From an uncultured Thermococci archaeon (GTDB lineage Archaea > Methanobacteriota_B > Thermococci > Thermococcales > Thermococcaceae): 19,355 nucleotides of DNA. The DNA is taken from NCBI GenBank assembly GCA_964615185.1, contig CAZTOS010000046.1, positions 1 through 19,355 of the forward strand, given 5' to 3'. Both the position numbers and the translations under genes were made by a program. The notes beneath the pieces are model-generated. The model did no database searches. It was not told the origin of the DNA and was given only the letters and a program-made list of their open reading frames with translations. This document shows positions 16,679 to 19,355 of this stretch, piece by piece; positions within the stretch are counted from its first letter, which is position 1; the number at the start of each line of letters is the position of its first letter.

Positions 16679-16978
16679 ATGCTTGGTCTGAATCCAATTT
16701 CCATAAATAAAGAGAAGCTTTCTGAAAAAGAAATTATTCAAGCCCTTCGCTGGGCTGTTATAGCTGAGCTCGATGCAATAAACTTCTATGAGCAGTTTGC
16801 TGAACTGATTGATAATGAAGCTGTAAAGCATACATTTCTTGATGTTGCAAATGAAGAAAAGGAACATGTCGGTGAATTTTTGGCACTTCTCTTAAAGCTT
16901 GACCCAGAATTCACTGAATGGATGAAAAAAGGATTCAAAGAAGTTGAAGAGGAGACTGGGATAAAAGTCGAGCTTTAG
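16679..16978 (+). CDS. Short ferritin-like protein (encapsulated-ferritin/Flp type)
   Basis: AELDAINFYEQ..EEKEHVGEF..LLKLDP, resembling the Pyrococcus encapsulin-associated ferritin domain. SD GGTGA upstream. Confidence 0.85.
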   Translation: MLGLNPISINKEKLSEKEIIQALRWAVIAELDAINFYEQFAELIDNEAVKHTFLDVANEEKEHVGEFLALLLKLDPEFTEWMKKGFKEVEEETGIKVEL

Positions 16979-17022
16979 TTTCTTTAATTTTCTTAGAATT
17001 AATTATTCATCCCCCTGCCCAT

Positions 17023-17373
17023 TTAGCCTTTTTCTAAAAGTAAGCCAAGCTCATTATATATCTCAACCCTCTCAAAACCTTCCTCTTTGAGCACTTTGAC
17101 AATTTCCCTTAGAATTTTTCTCTGCACATTTATCGCTATCATTTGGCAAAAATGACAGTGAGGAGTGGAGCGTGCCATCAAAAGAAACACCTGAACCTCA
17201 GACTCTTTGACTGTTAGACCATAAACAAGACCCTCGTCCACTATGTTCAAGTTCGTTTCTGGGTCTTTCACTTTTTTCAATATCTCTATAACCTTTTTCA
17301 CATTTTCTGGCAACTCTGTTTTTCTTTCTGGCTCTTTTTGTTTCAAAAAACTGAAAAGCCCCATGAAGATCAT
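17023..17373 (-). CDS. DUF59/FeS-assembly (SufT/MIP18-like) protein
   Basis: LKKVKDPET..NIVDEGLVY and TPHCHFC. The start may be 17364. Confidence 0.8.
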   Translation of the reverse strand: MIFMGLFSFLKQKEPERKTELPENVKKVIEILKKVKDPETNLNIVDEGLVYGLTVKESEVQVFLLMARSTPHCHFCQMIAINVQRKILREIVKVLKEEGFERVEIYNELGLLLEKG

Positions 17374-17726
17374 CCCAAGTCTTCCGGTTTGTATCTTCCC
17401 TTATTTTCAAATTTCCCAACTACATGATTTGCCAAATCATAAACATAAACATTATCAAACTTAACAAGTGCAAAACGCTCCATTATATCGCCGATTATTT
17501 TTGAGTAAGCGATCGGAGATTCCCCAATAATGTTGTGCTCGGCATGACTTTCAAACCTCAGCCATATCTTTAAGGTGTCCCCATTTACTTCCAAGCCCGC
17601 AACAACACCTGAATCGAGGATATCTCCACCAGTCACGGGATCAGTTATCTTCTTAAGCTCTTCAAGAACTTCACGATATTCTGGCGGATACTCTCTATCT
17701 GGACTGTAAATCCTCATTTTCTTCAC
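17370..17726 (-). CDS. DUF59/FeS-assembly-like protein
   Basis: LKKITDPVTGGDILDSGVVAGL; lacks cysteine. The start may be 17717. Confidence 0.75.
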   Translation of the reverse strand: MKKMRIYSPDREYPPEYREVLEELKKITDPVTGGDILDSGVVAGLEVNGDTLKIWLRFESHAEHNIIGESPIAYSKIIGDIMERFALVKFDNVYVYDLANHVVGKFENKGRYKPEDLG

Positions 17727-17792
17727 CAGTATTATAGTAGATTCACTAATTAAAAACGTTCGTGGACAAAAATGGGCAAAGAAAAGAAAAAA

Positions 17793-18140
17793 TCACTCGA
17801 CATCAACACTGTTTTCCCAAAGCCCATGAATATTACAGTAGCTCAAAGCATAGAGTTTGCCCCTCTTGCTTGTTCTAATATAGAATTTTGCCCTTGGTTC
17901 AGTGAGTGGATCACCGTGGTTGGTAAATGCCACTCTGCCAACCATAATTGGGAACTTCTCTCCCTCAGGATGGAAGTAAAGCTCAATCCAAGCTATGTGG
18001 TGCTCTGGTGTATTTGGATGTGGAATTTCTTTTCCAACACTAACCTCTATCTCAAGCAGGTCTCCTTCCTTCTTGTATTCTATAACTGGAACATGCTTTT
18101 CTCCTTTCCAATCTCCAGAAGCTATGGTTTTGCTCAACAC
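17793..18140 (-). CDS. sor: Superoxide reductase (1Fe-SOR, neelaredoxin type)
   Basis: Iron-ligand motifs EKHVP, HPNTPEHHI and CNIHG. GTG 18140 follows SD GAGGTGA. Confidence 0.95.
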   Translation of the reverse strand: MLSKTIASGDWKGEKHVPVIEYKKEGDLLEIEVSVGKEIPHPNTPEHHIAWIELYFHPEGEKFPIMVGRVAFTNHGDPLTEPRAKFYIRTSKRGKLYALSYCNIHGLWENSVDVE

Positions 18141-18150
18141 CTTCATCACC

Positions 18151-18249
18151 TCACTCTATTTTCTCAAACATATCTTTTCCAGCTCCACAAAGAGGACAAA
18201 CCCTTCCTCATAATATGTATCAGCAAACCAGGCATTTCCACGTTGTCAT
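18151..18249 (-). pseudogene. Rubredoxin pseudogene
   Basis: Reads MTTWKCLVC*YIL*GRVCPLCGAGKDMFEKIE*. Both CxxC knuckles are present, but there are two in-frame TGA stops and ~20 central codons are missing. It sits in the canonical rbr-rd-sor position. Confidence 0.88.
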
Positions 18250-18283
18250 TTCTTAAACCTCACTTTAATATTGTTAGGTCAAC

Positions 18284-18306
18284 CTTATAAAGTTTGTGTT
18301 CCAAAC
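18284..18306 (-). promoter_or_regulatory. rd-sor promoter with a possible SurR site
   Basis: Minus-strand TTTATAAG (18291-18284) preceded by AAAC. GTTccaAAC (GTTn3AAC) at 18298-18306. Confidence 0.45.
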
Positions 18307-18331
18307 CTATAAGGTTAGAAAAAAGGAAATA

Positions 18332-18847
18332 TCACTCAAAGATAACAAACTTTTCCTTTGGAACACCGCAGACTGGACACTTCTCGGGAGCTTCATCAAC
18401 GGCAGTATAACCACAGACAGGACATATATAGATTTTCTTAATTTCCATGTCCTTCTTCTGCTCTGCAAGTTCTTTCGCTTTCCTGTAGAGTTCAGCATGA
18501 ATCTTCTCTGCCTCTAACGCATAGTGTGTACTCCTAACAGCTTCCTTTTCTCCTTGCAATTCTGCAACTGCCTTATAAGCTGGATACATCTCCTCAACTT
18601 CAAAGGTTTCACCATCTATAGCCATTTGTAGATTTTCAGCTGTATCTTTCACATTTCCAAGAGCCTTGAGGTGATTCTTGGCATGAACAAGCTCAGCAAA
18701 TGCAATCGCTCTAAAGAGCTTTGCGATGTTTGGAAATCCTTCCTTTTCAGCAATCTTTGCAAAAATGAGATACTTCATGTGAGCTTGGCTTTCACCTGCA
18801 TAAGCTTCGCTCAAAAACTTTTTTGTCATTTCCCTTTCCACGACCAT
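18332..18847 (-). CDS. rbr: Rubrerythrin
   Basis: AYAGESQAHMKY, AELVHA, GETFEVEEMYP, EKIHA and C-terminal CPVCG..CPVCG. SD GGAGGCGG before ATG 18847 gives 171 aa. Confidence 0.96.
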   Translation of the reverse strand: MVVEREMTKKFLSEAYAGESQAHMKYLIFAKIAEKEGFPNIAKLFRAIAFAELVHAKNHLKALGNVKDTAENLQMAIDGETFEVEEMYPAYKAVAELQGEKEAVRSTHYALEAEKIHAELYRKAKELAEQKKDMEIKKIYICPVCGYTAVDEAPEKCPVCGVPKEKFVIFE

Positions 18848-18894
18848 ATTATCCGCCTCCATCGAATCGTTTCAATATATTTTTCAAAAAAGGA

Positions 18895-18909
18895 ATATAA
18901 AAGGCTTTC
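18895..18909 (-). promoter_or_regulatory. BRE/TATA promoter of rbr
   Basis: Minus strand reads GAAAGCC TTTTATAT. Confidence 0.55.
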
Positions 18910-19039
18910 TCAAGCCATAGGTTGTTTTATGATCCTATTTATGTTAGATTAGCCAAATAATTTTCACAAAAGTCCATTAGGATTTGCTCCGGTCTTGAAG
19001 ATTTTCAAGTTTCCAATCAGTTATGCTAAAATATGCCTC

Positions 19040-19303
19040 TTATTTATTCAGCCTCTTGAGGAGCTTTCTAACTCCCTCTCTGATCTTTTCCTCGTCTTCC
19101 TTAGTTGTTTGTCCCCTAACTTCAATTGTGTCAACATGGTCAAACTTGCTCCTCATTATCATCGTCTCAATTTCCCTCCCAGCGACACCTCCCCAGCCAT
19201 ATGCACCCAGAATCAGCACGGGCTTCTCGTAGTTTGCCTTATCAACTATCTCATAGAGGACGTAGCGAACTCTTGGATGGATGTTTGCCTCATATGTCGA
19301 TGC
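19040..19303 (-). pseudogene. fprA: 3' part of a flavodiiron protein (FprA) gene, interrupted by an IS insertion
   Basis: Reads ASTYEANIHPRVRYVLYEIVDKANYEKPVLILGAYGWGGVAG...LLKRLNK*, a flavodoxin-like domain. The frame hits TAA at 19321 inside the inserted element. Confidence 0.85.
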
Positions 19304-19355
19304 CGTTCTGCCTACCCGTTAAGAGCGTGTAGTGTGTTAATTTCATAGCGGGTAG
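19303..19355 (-). mobile_element. Right end of an IS607-family/TnpB element inserted in fprA (continues beyond the window)
   Basis: Minus strand ...hairpin-CAGAAC|GG, the same architecture as 12549-12603, with the same 24-nt spacing between arms and the same RY(D/E)-x9-G-stop tail. Confidence 0.78.

Noticed and set aside
18220..18222. TGA in rubredoxin as selenocysteine
   Set aside because: It replaces a Gly rather than a Cys, a second stop and a deletion follow, and Thermococcales are not known to use Sec.
17772..18290. 172-aa + strand ORF and other alternative-frame ORFs inside assigned genes
   Set aside because: They are antisense or off-frame to well-supported genes and lack motifs.
19303..19321. 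CCGTTCTG..CCTACCCG resembling a group II intron domain V/VI end
   Set aside because: There is no domain V hairpin or catalytic triad. The match to the element at 12549 explains it better.
18995..19348. 117-aa + strand ORF and two shorter overlapping + ORFs
   Set aside because: They are antisense shadows of the fprA fragment and cross the IS junction.
1..19355. CRISPR array, tRNA, rRNA or C/D-box sRNA; second in-window target for the predicted guide
   Set aside because: By eye I found no regularly spaced repeats, cloverleaf or convincing C/D box pair. Only short (~8-9 nt) chance matches to the guide were seen.

Overview
Thermococcales chromosome segment (Thermococcus-like). From left to right it holds: (1) a + strand amino-acid catabolism cluster with an aromatic aminotransferase, a 2-oxoacid:ferredoxin oxidoreductase (gamma, delta and a fused alpha-beta subunit), an ADP-forming acyl-CoA synthetase alpha subunit and a HisC-like PLP enzyme; (2) thiL, a frameshifted dolichol-kinase-like gene, endonuclease Q and the conserved rpl44e-rps27e-aIF2alpha-nop10-PbaB block, whose 5' leader is highly structured; (3) a ~260 bp non-autonomous IS607/TnpB-derived element that looks like a promoter-driven stand-alone omegaRNA; (4) a LysO-like exporter pair and a KaiC-like ATPase/membrane protein operon; (5) an oxidative-stress cluster that is visibly eroding. 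In that cluster rubredoxin and a ferritin-like gene are pseudogenes, and fprA is cut by a second, covarying copy of the same IS607-type right end. All family calls come from motif recognition only; no searches were run.
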